Of a DNA stretch of 64,000 nt, positions 1 to 9,088 are shown piece by piece. The notes under the pieces are model-generated. The model was not told the DNA's origin, searched no databases, and saw only the letters and a program-made list of their open reading frames with translations. The translations under genes and the position numbers were made by a program. Location: the NCBI GenBank assembly GCA_043802485.1, contig JAZDKZ010000006.1, positions 199,497-263,496 of the forward strand. Direction: 5' to 3'. Position 1 is the first letter of the stretch, and each line of letters opens with the position of its first letter. The stretch is from Candidatus Aenigmatarchaeota archaeon. Its GTDB lineage: Archaea > Aenigmatarchaeota > Aenigmatarchaeia > Aenigmatarchaeales > Aenigmatarchaeaceae.

Positions 1-930
1 GGCATATCCAACCCAGTGGCTTACACCGCAGTCAACTATTCTTTGTTAATTATTCTCGGGATAGCTTTAGCGATAGCGTCATACGCCTTCCTGGACAGCT
101 ATCAGAAGATAAGGATAAGAAAGGACATAGAGAAGATAGAGGACGAGTTCTCAACAGCGCTTTTCCAACTAGGCAATTCGATATCAGGAGGTCTGCCGCT
201 GGAGCTGGCAATTGAAAAGGCCAGAGCCAATCTGAAAGAGATGAGGATATCGGAATTCTTCGACATAATATCGCTTAACATGAAAAGGTTCGGCTACACC
301 TTCGAGCAGGCCCTGTTCGACAAAGACGTGGGAGCCCTGTGGTTCTACCCCTCTAATCTCATACAGTCGATAATGCAGACGTTGATGCAGTCTGCCAAGA
401 AGAGCGTCACATCAGCCGCCAATTCCATGATAATCATATCCAGGTACCTGAAGGATGTCCATGAGGTCAAGGAGGAGATAAACGAGATACTGGGAGAAAC
501 TATAACAAGCATGAAATTCTTGGCAATGTTCCTGGCACCAATGGTTTCTGGTGTAACTCTTACACTGGCAGTTGTCATACTGAGAATACTTGAGAACCTG
601 GGAGGAACAATGGGCAACATCATGGCCTCTTCAGGCGGCATGAACAGCTATCAAACCGTTATGCTGGTGCCGTGGGCCATGGGAACCGGCGGAGAGCCCC
701 TGATAACTCCGGCAATATTCCAACTGGTGGTTGGCTTGTACATGATAGAGACAGCTGTTCTTCTGTCAGTGTTCCTCAATGGTGTTAAATACGGAAACGA
801 TCCAGTAGGAATGAGGGAAGGCATGTGGATGATAGTTCTCTTCGGAATACTCATCTACATATTGAGCTGGTTCATAACCTATGCAATGTTCGGCACATCC
901 ATAGAAACTCTGCTCGCTGTTCCGACATAA
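1..930 (+). CDS. Type IV pilus/archaellum-type assembly platform membrane protein (T2SS-F, TadC/FlaJ/PilC-like); 5' end lies outside the window
   Basis: The frame is open from nt 1, and the tool start at 16 is a GTG inside that open frame. A helical soluble segment (GGLPLELAIEKA...FGYTFEQALFD) is followed by several hydrophobic helices, as in T2SS-F platform proteins. It heads a cluster of pilin-like genes. Confidence 0.6.
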   Translation, partial: GISNPVAYTAVNYSLLIILGIALAIASYAFLDSYQKIRIRKDIEKIEDEFSTALFQLGNSISGGLPLELAIEKARANLKEMRISEFFDIISLNMKRFGYTFEQALFDKDVGALWFYPSNLIQSIMQTLMQSAKKSVTSAANSMIIISRYLKDVHEVKEEINEILGETITSMKFLAMFLAPMVSGVTLTLAVVILRILENLGGTMGNIMASSGGMNSYQTVMLVPWAMGTGGEPLITPAIFQLVVGLYMIETAVLLSVFLNGVKYGNDPVGMREGMWMIVLFGILIYILSWFITYAMFGTSIETLLAVPT

Positions 931-959
931 ATATAAGTAGACCCGACAATTTTTCTTAT

Positions 960-2477
960 ATGAAAGGTACTATGACAGTATATGTCATCGTTATCACTGT
1001 CTCCGTGATAATAATTCTTCTGATAGGCTCACAACTTTTAGACAAAGTGAAAGCAGCAGTCGATGAGGAAGACTTTGACGCTTTCAGACAGTTTGAGGTT
1101 CAGAGGCCTTACATCTTTGACATTAAAGACCTTATCGTGGATCCTAACGACGAAAAAGTTTGGGACTCCACAAAAGCGGCAGACTTCTATTCTGGCGCCG
1201 ACTCTGATTTTTGCAAAGCGATAAAAGACGGCATAGGAAAGAGCATAAAGACAGGCAAGTCCCAGGAGATAGAGTACAAGGTAAAGCCTCCCAACGCGGC
1301 CTTCAAGATAGAGCAATTAAGAAACGCCCTGGCTTCCTGCACCCCAAGCGTCATAGGCGACGAGCTCTACGGCGGAACGACGAGAAAGATATGCGACTTC
1401 AAGCCCATTGACAATTACAACGAATACAGGGAAGACAGCCTGTCTCTAATAAATTATCAGCCGTACATACACAACTGCCATCTTCCTGCCGAGCTAGAGT
1501 ACTCCAACATTGATGACGGCGAGGACGCGTTAAACTACTTATACAGCGGCAGGGGCAACTCCACAGAATACGGTTTCGAGAACGGAGGGACCGTGAGGAT
1601 AGTCGTTTCTAACGCGAAGGTCATGGAAGATTATGACGGCACATGCTCCTACAATATCTATGTCTGCGGCCAGAACGCCATAGCAGCCTCCGAGGCAGAG
1701 ACCGCTGTTGAAGTCTTCAAGAAGATAAGGCATCTGGACGATAGTAACCTCTACTATAGCGAAGCTATAGTCTGGAACGGTGAGCCGAAAGAACTGGAAG
1801 CGGATATAAAAATATGGGCTCTTTGTAGAGCTATTTTCAGCGATTTGATTCAGCAATTTTTATGTCCCGATGATGCAAGACCATCGGTACCTGCGGGTTA
1901 TAATATATATGGATATAATCCTCATTATTATGAATTCGAATTTTCCAGTGCTGTTCCCAGTCCTAGGCTAGCGCTAATAGACGCTGTTGACGCTGGCATG
2001 TGGGAATGGAGCAAAATCCACTTGGAAGACAGAAACGCGATGCAATATTTTTTGGATGAATACTATCATAGCATACAAAATATATATTTCAGCTACTCAC
2101 CTATAGGAAACGATGACATAGATGTTGACAACGGTCTATCTTTTGACTCTGGCTGCTGGAGAGATACTTACGAAACGGCTGATGTAGGAATAAGAACGCA
2201 GATTTTTGACAGCGCGGTAGAAAGCTTCTCTTATTCCCCATCTTTCAACCACAAATTCAAATTTGATAGTACAATAATTGGCGACAAGGTAAGGATGACG
2301 ATGGGAATAAAGAAACTATTTATTACAAAAAAGCCTATGATATTCAAAACATTAACAGAAACAAAAGAAATTAACGTACTCGAAGAAGTGATTAACAAAT
2401 ACGGTCTTGATGAAGATTTTGGATCTAGAGTTATACTAATTATGGACCCCATAACGTTTTGTAGTATCAGTGAATAA
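960..2477 (+). CDS. Secreted/anchored protein, member 1 of a five-gene paralogous Cys-containing family; pilin-like N-terminus
   Basis: An in-frame ATG at 960 gives MKGTMTVYVIVITVSVIIILLIG. It shares CSYNIYVCGQNAIAA, DSGCW and the C-terminal VRMTMGIKK...ITFC modules with the ORFs at 2632, 4525, 6103 and 9089. Confidence 0.7.
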   Translation: MKGTMTVYVIVITVSVIIILLIGSQLLDKVKAAVDEEDFDAFRQFEVQRPYIFDIKDLIVDPNDEKVWDSTKAADFYSGADSDFCKAIKDGIGKSIKTGKSQEIEYKVKPPNAAFKIEQLRNALASCTPSVIGDELYGGTTRKICDFKPIDNYNEYREDSLSLINYQPYIHNCHLPAELEYSNIDDGEDALNYLYSGRGNSTEYGFENGGTVRIVVSNAKVMEDYDGTCSYNIYVCGQNAIAASEAETAVEVFKKIRHLDDSNLYYSEAIVWNGEPKELEADIKIWALCRAIFSDLIQQFLCPDDARPSVPAGYNIYGYNPHYYEFEFSSAVPSPRLALIDAVDAGMWEWSKIHLEDRNAMQYFLDEYYHSIQNIYFSYSPIGNDDIDVDNGLSFDSGCWRDTYETADVGIRTQIFDSAVESFSYSPSFNHKFKFDSTIIGDKVRMTMGIKKLFITKKPMIFKTLTETKEINVLEEVINKYGLDEDFGSRVILIMDPITFCSISE

Positions 2478-2478
2478 A

Positions 2479-2601
2479 ATGAAAGGATTCCAAAAAGAAA
2501 TCATAATAGGCGTTATCCTCATAGTGCTGGCGTTTTTTGTAGCATTGCTCTTTCTTTCAGGCGTCTTGACATTTGACATGATGGGTCTGTCACCTGTCTG
2601 A
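2479..2601 (+). CDS. 40-aa hydrophobic micro-protein (MKGFQKEIIIGVILIVLAFFVALLFLSGVL...)
   Basis: The ORF is below the track cutoff. It starts 2 nt after the stop of the previous gene and has an MKG start plus one hydrophobic helix, like its neighbours. Confidence 0.3.
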   Translation: MKGFQKEIIIGVILIVLAFFVALLFLSGVLTFDMMGLSPV

Positions 2602-2631
2602 TATTTATACAGGGATTATAAAATAAATTTT

Positions 2632-4497
2632 ATGAGAGGACTGTCCGCCCTTATTATAGCGATTATCTTTGCGGTTGTCTGGGTATTGCTAGTGATACTT
2701 TTTTTAAGACATGTCAATACTTTCGTAGAACCTGCCGGAAATTCTGAGAAAGGGTCAGAACAGAGGATAATACCAAATGACGGCTTTGACTACACCACTT
2801 ACCTTCTAAGTGAGGATCCTGTCGACTTGGCTACTTACGACGAATGCGACAAGCTCAAGAACGCAATAAAGTACGCGATTATCAACGAAAGGCCTTATCT
2901 TGTGGACACAATAGCATACGGCAGCAACCTTGTAGACAAGGTGGACTTTCCGTTCATAGGTAACTGCCTAGACGAGGACCTTGTATTCGAGATAGGTGAG
3001 GGTCTTGAACAAGTCGTGTGCAGATTCAGGACTGCCACGCAGAATGAAAAAGTCGGCTTAGAATTCGGGGGCATATCGGACGCATCGATGCTCTATTTTG
3101 ACAACTGTGTATACGCTTTCGACAACCACAACATACTTCCCTCATTATCGTCAAAGAATATAATGGGACCTGCTGTCGAGGAAACGAGCACAGACGCCAG
3201 CACGGTAAAGGTCATCTACTCGCCTGACCACATGTACATAGAAAACGGGGACTATTCGCATTACCCTTTTGTACCAACCAACTCACCTGTTGCAGGCCTT
3301 AATCGCTTGTATTTGATGAACAGTAGCGCCTTTGACATGGCTTACAACGGCGGTGGCTGGCTGAACATCTACGTGGGCAAGGCCGAGTCAGTCAACGGCG
3401 AATGTAGGTATAATGTGTATTTCTGCCCAAGGCCTGCCATAGCTAGTGACATGCAGAGCAGGACGCTTGACGTCTTCAACATATTCAGAAAGCTTGAGAT
3501 ATATCCTGTATACTTCCCCTATTACATAAGAGACCTTTCGGACGATGCCCTTGACATGTCCGGTTATTCTAATGAAGTTTACCATTGGAACTACTATGAT
3601 GTCGATTTAGGCGATGAGGGGTATGATGTCGAGACTATAGTAAACGCCATAAAGGCTGGCCTTTATTTCAACGTTCACTCCAAGGGTTACGAGTTCGCCC
3701 ATCCACACTGGGACATAGAAAAGGATGACAGTATATCAATTTACGAGCTGGCTAACAAGATAGCATTGCACATAGGCGTTAAAACAGGTTCAGGGGAAAT
3801 ATGCGCCCAAAAGGTGTATTTAGGCCTTCCGTACGGAGACAAGTACTGCACCACAACATCACTACTGCTTTTTGTGGACAGGGACGACCCTATCAAATCT
3901 TACAGGTTTACCAGCAATCCCCTTGGTGATAGCTTCACCCGTTTCGAGGGGAGCTTCGGTACAATACCATCTTCTGTTTACACCAGAAACATCAACACGA
4001 ACAGTTATTTGAACGCTGTATTCGGGGCAGACGATGGTATGATTGCAATAGATATAGGAGTCAAAGAGGGCATGGGGGAGATATGCGTTGACGACCAGTG
4101 CACAGACACCTCGATGATAGTAAAGATAAACCCTGGTACAGAAGTAACCATAAGTGCAAAAGAAGACCCTGGTTACGAGTTCGCCTTTTTCGAAGGCTCT
4201 AGCACAACTTATGATTTAGATACGTTTGATAGGACGATAAACTACGGTGATTTTTTGAACGTCATATTTGTTCCTAATGACGGCGAGATAGGCGATTGCT
4301 GGTACCAGTCCTACAACGAAATGCTGAACGATGCTTCAGAATGGAAACGGACACGCTCGATAAGGTTCAACTGTGGCGGTGACAATGTGTGTAGTGGCAC
4401 CCTGAGGATAAAAATGGCAATAAGGAAGGACACGGATGTTGATGGCGAGGACAAGAAAACATACGTCTCAAGTGTGGTTTCATTCTGCGATACTTAA
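2632..4497 (+). CDS. Secreted Cys-containing protein, family member 2, with two tandem beta-repeat (InlB-B-repeat-like) modules
   Basis: The N-terminus is MRGLSALIIAIIFAVVWVLLVILFL. Family motifs are CRYNVYFCPRPAIA, GDCW and GTLRIKMAIRK...VVSFCDT. An internal repeat reads IGVKTGSGEIC... / IGVKEGMGEIC...EDPGYEFAFFEG. Confidence 0.7.
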   Translation: MRGLSALIIAIIFAVVWVLLVILFLRHVNTFVEPAGNSEKGSEQRIIPNDGFDYTTYLLSEDPVDLATYDECDKLKNAIKYAIINERPYLVDTIAYGSNLVDKVDFPFIGNCLDEDLVFEIGEGLEQVVCRFRTATQNEKVGLEFGGISDASMLYFDNCVYAFDNHNILPSLSSKNIMGPAVEETSTDASTVKVIYSPDHMYIENGDYSHYPFVPTNSPVAGLNRLYLMNSSAFDMAYNGGGWLNIYVGKAESVNGECRYNVYFCPRPAIASDMQSRTLDVFNIFRKLEIYPVYFPYYIRDLSDDALDMSGYSNEVYHWNYYDVDLGDEGYDVETIVNAIKAGLYFNVHSKGYEFAHPHWDIEKDDSISIYELANKIALHIGVKTGSGEICAQKVYLGLPYGDKYCTTTSLLLFVDRDDPIKSYRFTSNPLGDSFTRFEGSFGTIPSSVYTRNINTNSYLNAVFGADDGMIAIDIGVKEGMGEICVDDQCTDTSMIVKINPGTEVTISAKEDPGYEFAFFEGSSTTYDLDTFDRTINYGDFLNVIFVPNDGEIGDCWYQSYNEMLNDASEWKRTRSIRFNCGGDNVCSGTLRIKMAIRKDTDVDGEDKKTYVSSVVSFCDT

Positions 4498-4524
4498 ATA
4501 TATAAGAAAAATTAATTTTATAGC

Positions 4525-5148
4525 ATGACAAGTCCTTGGGCCAGTTTCACTTTCCGTGTTCTACTTATGGTTATATTGGTGCTTCTATTATTTATTTTTG
4601 TATCGTATATCCAACAGCTGCTGGCTAGGGGTGAGACACAAATGAATCCTGAGAAAGAGTACGAGGAGCCTCCGGAAGTAGAGGAGACCTACCTGAGCAT
4701 AGGCGAGGATGATGATCCTGAAACCATATTGTACAAGCTCTTTAGCGAATTTGACCCAGGCTTCCTGAATGAAAAGAGCGGAAACACGGCGCTGTACAAT
4801 CCATTCATACTTTACCTCAAGGGAAAAACTTATAGCCCGATTGACGCCAACGCGCTCATAGGCAACATAGTAGATGGCATTAACGAGTTTAATGACTTGC
4901 ACACATCTGCCCAGTTTGGCTTTAATCCTTCTATTGTCACATGTAACATCCACAGTTCGAGCAGCATAAACTATGACAGTGGCTGTTGGTCAAACACGCT
5001 CAGCACCTCGTCATATTGTAATATTTATGTTCATAGTAATACCAATATTTTTAGCGAAAGGATAAAGATAAGAGTATTGTTAACAAATCTGGGTCCTGTA
5101 ATGGGTAAGAGTATACTAAAAATTACTATAACGATGTGTGATGGTTGA
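4525..5148 (+). CDS. Short member 3 of the paralogous family
   Basis: It has an N-terminal hydrophobic helix. It retains DSGCWSNT, YCNIYVHS and ERIKIRVLL...ITITMCDG, the C-terminal module of the family. Confidence 0.6.
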   Translation: MTSPWASFTFRVLLMVILVLLLFIFVSYIQQLLARGETQMNPEKEYEEPPEVEETYLSIGEDDDPETILYKLFSEFDPGFLNEKSGNTALYNPFILYLKGKTYSPIDANALIGNIVDGINEFNDLHTSAQFGFNPSIVTCNIHSSSSINYDSGCWSNTLSTSSYCNIYVHSNTNIFSERIKIRVLLTNLGPVMGKSILKITITMCDG

Positions 5149-5446
5149 TGGCATGGAAATAAGAACAGCATTTTCAGTTATATTAGGCATAATGATGGTG
5201 GCGACTGTGATTATCGCCATGATTGCCCTGATGGGAGGACTAATGACAGTCTCGGTAGAGGAGTGCGAGCCTGCAGACTATTCTGCAGGAGGATATAGTG
5301 GGAAAGCATGTGGCACTTCAACCAGTGGGCAGCTGAGATGCCGTACAGGAGACACGTGCGTTGATTATAACAATGCTAGATGCTGCGAAGAGAATTATTT
5401 ACAGGAAATAAGGGATGGCCTATGTTGCAAGAGGGTAGAGGTTTGA
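5141..5446 (+). CDS. Small membrane-anchored Cys-rich protein
   Basis: The start is ambiguous (GTG 5138, ATG 5141 or ATG 5153) and overlaps the upstream stop. A hydrophobic helix is followed by 8 Cys (CEPAD...CGTSTSGQLRCRTGDTCVDYNNARCCEENY...LCC). Confidence 0.5.
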   Translation: MVDGMEIRTAFSVILGIMMVATVIIAMIALMGGLMTVSVEECEPADYSAGGYSGKACGTSTSGQLRCRTGDTCVDYNNARCCEENYLQEIRDGLCCKRVEV

Positions 5447-5450
5447 TTTT

Positions 5451-5630
5451 ATGAAAGCATTCGTTCAAAAGTATATAGCGATATTAATCGCGCTTTTGTT
5501 ATTCTTGAGTATAGTGGTTATATGGTTAGTTAACTTGAGACTGACAAGCGGACTTTTCGGAGACAAGACAACTGTAGTGATTATTGCAGGAGCTATAGCA
5601 ATGCTTTTAGGCATAAAGGGGATACCATGA
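5451..5630 (+). CDS. 59-aa two-helix membrane micro-protein
   Basis: MKAFVQKYIAILIALLLFLSIVVIW... The ORF is just below the track cutoff. Its stop overlaps the next start (ATGA at 5627-5630), which suggests coupling. Confidence 0.4.
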   Translation: MKAFVQKYIAILIALLLFLSIVVIWLVNLRLTSGLFGDKTTVVIIAGAIAMLLGIKGIP

Positions 5631-5845
5631 TTAAAAACATACCTTTAACTGTGGTGGTATTGATTTTGGCGTTACTGGTTACCAGTTTATTCATTTCGAT
5701 AGGTTATCGTGTCGCGACTGGCAAGAGCGCTAACGACGCTTGCAAATCTTTTGTAAGAGGAGAGTCAAAGGAGATATGGAACAGGGACGAGTTTAAGGTG
5801 TTCCATCCGGGCGATCTTGTTTGCGCCATAGTCGCCCCTTTTTAA
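5627..5845 (+). CDS. Small membrane-anchored protein
   Basis: N-terminal helix IPLTVVVLILALLVTSLFISIG. The start overlaps the upstream stop, and the gene is co-oriented in the island. Confidence 0.45.
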   Translation: MIKNIPLTVVVLILALLVTSLFISIGYRVATGKSANDACKSFVRGESKEIWNRDEFKVFHPGDLVCAIVAPF

Positions 5846-5854
5846 GGTGTTCAT

Positions 5855-6061
5855 ATGGAAACAGCTATGGAAGAGGAAGCATATACAAAGGTAGTAATAA
5901 TCATAGTAGGTATACTGGCAGTGGTATTGTTCGTAGCGCTTCTTGACATAATGACAGGCGGAACACTCTTCAGGTCTTTGATATGCTCTATGGTATGGTA
6001 TCTTCCTCTAACAGGAACGAACCTCGTAGCATACCTTAACTGTGGCGCAGTTCCCCTATAA
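5855..6061 (+). CDS. Small membrane protein
   Basis: Hydrophobic core VVIIIVGILAVVLFVALLDIM. I preferred it over the antisense ORF 5851..6099 on operon orientation only. Confidence 0.35.
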   Translation: METAMEEEAYTKVVIIIVGILAVVLFVALLDIMTGGTLFRSLICSMVWYLPLTGTNLVAYLNCGAVPL

Positions 6062-6102
6062 TATTTAGTTAATTTTATATTATAGGAATCTAAATTCATG
6101 GT

Positions 6103-9051
6103 ATGAAGGCGCTCACGCTGAACATAGTTCTCGTGCTAATAGGGATTGCTCTTTTGACGTTTTTGGCTGTGTCAGGTTTTTATGACCAAATAGTCAAAGC
6201 TGATATAGCTGCTTACATTACCTCGGGCTTCGAAGGCTGCGGCAGGGCAGGGCAGGAGTGCTGCAAAGGAGAGTGGTGCGTCGAGGGCCTTGACTGCTCA
6301 GGCGGCATTTGCATCGAGGAATTCGAAATAAATATCATAATACCAAAGGACTATCTGATATACAACACCACCGAAACTTTTTCTAGAAGCGAGATGGATG
6401 ATTATTTTAAATACAAAGAAGGCTTGGGTTGGGAGGACTGCTCCAACGGAGTGGGCTGCACAGAATGCAGAAAGCAGTTCGACATCCAAAACGCGATAGA
6501 TTGCGAGGAATGCGAACTTTGCGAGGACGGTCTTTGCAAAAAGTGTCTAAAGTGTCAGAGTGCGGAGACAGGCACTTACAACGATCTTTACGAGTGCTAC
6601 GAGTGCAGTGGGTGTGATATCACTGATATCGAAGGCCTTGTAGGTATCCAGAACGATATGTCTGACTCATGCTCAGCATGCGCTAGCTGCGACATAGCTT
6701 ACGAACCTTATATAAGTAGCGGCCTCTCGTGCGACAGCTGCTACCAGTGCGACCTTGAAAAGGTTTTGACACCTTCAGGAGAGTGCTACTCTTGCTGGGA
6801 CTGCGGCTCAGAAGAGATGGTATGCGATTCTTGTTCATCTTCTGTCAACACTGTTTGCGAAAAAAAGCATGACTATGTGCTGTGCAGAAATGTAAAAAAC
6901 TGCATTCTCTCCAAAAAGGGGGACATGTGCCAATTGGACGAGTTCCTTATACCAGATTTCCTGAGGCTACCCTGGCTCTATGACGATTCATACATATCCC
7001 AGATGACAAGCATCCTGAAGCAATGTGTGGAAGAGGATGTAAAAATAACTATTCCGGAATTATTGGAACGCAAGGTCTTTGAGTACGACAATTCTAAAAT
7101 AAACTTTATCCAGGACGATTACACGCTGCCGTCAGACGGAACGCTGCTCAAGATATATTTCGAGGCAGACGACGAATCGTACGTCCCGCCGGCAAGGCTC
7201 TTGGACATGTTGACGTCGGATTACCAGTATGGCGGCGTTACAGGCGAGACAAAAGGATTGCTCTTCAACGACTGTGGCGTCAGAAAGACTGAGCCCATCT
7301 CGAAGCCTGATACTGTTAATGAGATAGTTTACAACAACGACCCAGTACTTTTCGAATCTTCTACAACACCGAAAATGCCTAATGGTGACATACCTGTTAG
7401 CGTAAAGACAGTCGTGACTGACATCTCGTGGAACGAGCAGAATGACAACGACGGTTCCTACAGCCTTTACCTATGTGGCCAAGAGGCCATAGCAACAGGG
7501 GAAGAAGATCCCATATTAAATGTCTATGACTTTTTCGCTTACTTTAACGAATCAGAGGCAGACAACTTTGCATCATACAGGGAATGGAGCATTCCGTACA
7601 ATGATGCGATGGGCGCCTACCATGTCAACGTTACTGTAGTAAAGTACGTTCCGTTTGAGATGGACATAACAGGAAGAACAGCTGATATAGCCCATATAGC
7701 AAAGGCAGCGGTTGCAGGTATAAGGGATTATTTCGTATTCAACTCAGAAACCAACAGGACCATGAAATTCTTCTGCTTTTCCAGCGGAATTTATGATGAC
7801 TTTGACGACTGCTATGGAAACATCTCTGTGGTCTTGAACGACAGGATGCCTTGGAAATTAAAGGGGCTGTACTCATCGGTAAACATAGCAGCCAGTCCTC
7901 CCAGCCGTAAATTCATATACTATAATGATGAAAGGAACCTCTATTCTGGTACCTTCGAGATTGAACTAGCTTTCTTCATGTACACTACGAACTTCACAGA
8001 AATAAACAAAACCATCTTCGTTTCGCCTGTTTTAATTATAGATGGAAGCTCCATACCAGGCTCAACGGTTCTGGATTTCACACCATGTGAGCAAAGAGAA
8101 CTCCAGAACGGGTTTGTAGCCTATGGTTATCACAAAAACCTTGGAACTGTCTACGCGGTTGATTATGAATTATGGGGCACAGAGTACTACAAGGACCCAG
8201 AAGACATAAGACCGTCTCATATGAAAATATACGGAGTCAGCATGCTGTCAAAAACAGACTCTGACATAAGTTATCTGAACGAGGACCCGGACAACTGCAT
8301 CGCGCTGTGCGCTTCTGGAGCTGAGATGCGGGGCAGGATAACTGAAGACGATACAACGTGCTTGAACGCAGCAGCCAGGTGCTCTTATGAGGAAGGTTTT
8401 CTAAGACTCTTGGACATGGTTGAACTCCAAGCGAACAGGGTCGTATATGAAAACATGCAGGAAGATGCTGAAGAGGTTGAAGACTTCATAGAAGAAATCA
8501 AGCAAAAGGTGCTCGCTGTTCCCGTGACCTATACCATAGGCGTCATGGACGGGGGCGGATCGATATGCGCAGACAGCCTTGACATAGACCAGTTCTGCGT
8601 AAGCGACAGCCTGACAAGAGATTTTGAGTACTGCCAAGGGATGCTTTTCACCGCCAATCCAGATGAGGACTATACCTTCATGAGGTTTAAGAACAGCACA
8701 AACGTCTATTACGGCATAAATCCAATGCTAAACTTTGCGCGGGAAGGGGAGTACATATACGCAGATTTCAATCCGACATTATACTACACACTGGCAGTTG
8801 CAGAGGGTTCAGGGAGTCTATGCATTACAGGTATCGACTTTCCTGTCTCGGGCTGCGGCTATGACGCATCAGGAACCGTGGTACCAGTACCAAAGGACAT
8901 AATGGTGAGTCTCACAGCCACACCAGCACTAGGCTTTACATTCAATAACATAGGAACAGGCTACGAGGATATACCCCCTGTGACGGATAGAAGCACCGAT
9001 TTCATGACCATGATGAGTGCAAGTCTATACGCGTACTTTGACCCAGAGTAA
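6103..9051 (+). CDS. Giant secreted Cys-rich protein, family member 4 (knot-like module, CxxCxxC array, family core, two beta-repeat modules)
   Basis: N-terminus MKALTLNIVLVLIGIALLTFLAV. It contains six CxxCxxC heptads (aa 113-252), the family motif YSLYLCGQEAIATG, and C-terminal repeats GVMDGGGSIC... / VAEGSGSLC...LTATPALGFTF. Confidence 0.75.
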   Translation: MKALTLNIVLVLIGIALLTFLAVSGFYDQIVKADIAAYITSGFEGCGRAGQECCKGEWCVEGLDCSGGICIEEFEINIIIPKDYLIYNTTETFSRSEMDDYFKYKEGLGWEDCSNGVGCTECRKQFDIQNAIDCEECELCEDGLCKKCLKCQSAETGTYNDLYECYECSGCDITDIEGLVGIQNDMSDSCSACASCDIAYEPYISSGLSCDSCYQCDLEKVLTPSGECYSCWDCGSEEMVCDSCSSSVNTVCEKKHDYVLCRNVKNCILSKKGDMCQLDEFLIPDFLRLPWLYDDSYISQMTSILKQCVEEDVKITIPELLERKVFEYDNSKINFIQDDYTLPSDGTLLKIYFEADDESYVPPARLLDMLTSDYQYGGVTGETKGLLFNDCGVRKTEPISKPDTVNEIVYNNDPVLFESSTTPKMPNGDIPVSVKTVVTDISWNEQNDNDGSYSLYLCGQEAIATGEEDPILNVYDFFAYFNESEADNFASYREWSIPYNDAMGAYHVNVTVVKYVPFEMDITGRTADIAHIAKAAVAGIRDYFVFNSETNRTMKFFCFSSGIYDDFDDCYGNISVVLNDRMPWKLKGLYSSVNIAASPPSRKFIYYNDERNLYSGTFEIELAFFMYTTNFTEINKTIFVSPVLIIDGSSIPGSTVLDFTPCEQRELQNGFVAYGYHKNLGTVYAVDYELWGTEYYKDPEDIRPSHMKIYGVSMLSKTDSDISYLNEDPDNCIALCASGAEMRGRITEDDTTCLNAAARCSYEEGFLRLLDMVELQANRVVYENMQEDAEEVEDFIEEIKQKVLAVPVTYTIGVMDGGGSICADSLDIDQFCVSDSLTRDFEYCQGMLFTANPDEDYTFMRFKNSTNVYYGINPMLNFAREGEYIYADFNPTLYYTLAVAEGSGSLCITGIDFPVSGCGYDASGTVVPVPKDIMVSLTATPALGFTFNNIGTGYEDIPPVTDRSTDFMTMMSASLYAYFDPE

Positions 9052-9088
9052 AGTTGAAATTTATATGTAAAAACAAGGAGATAAGAAT

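Noticed and set aside
825-959. A 45-codon N-terminal extension of the 960 gene given by the ORF track.
   Set aside because: It overlaps the end of the platform gene in another frame. The internal ATG at 960 yields the same MKG plus hydrophobic N-terminus seen in the neighbouring genes.
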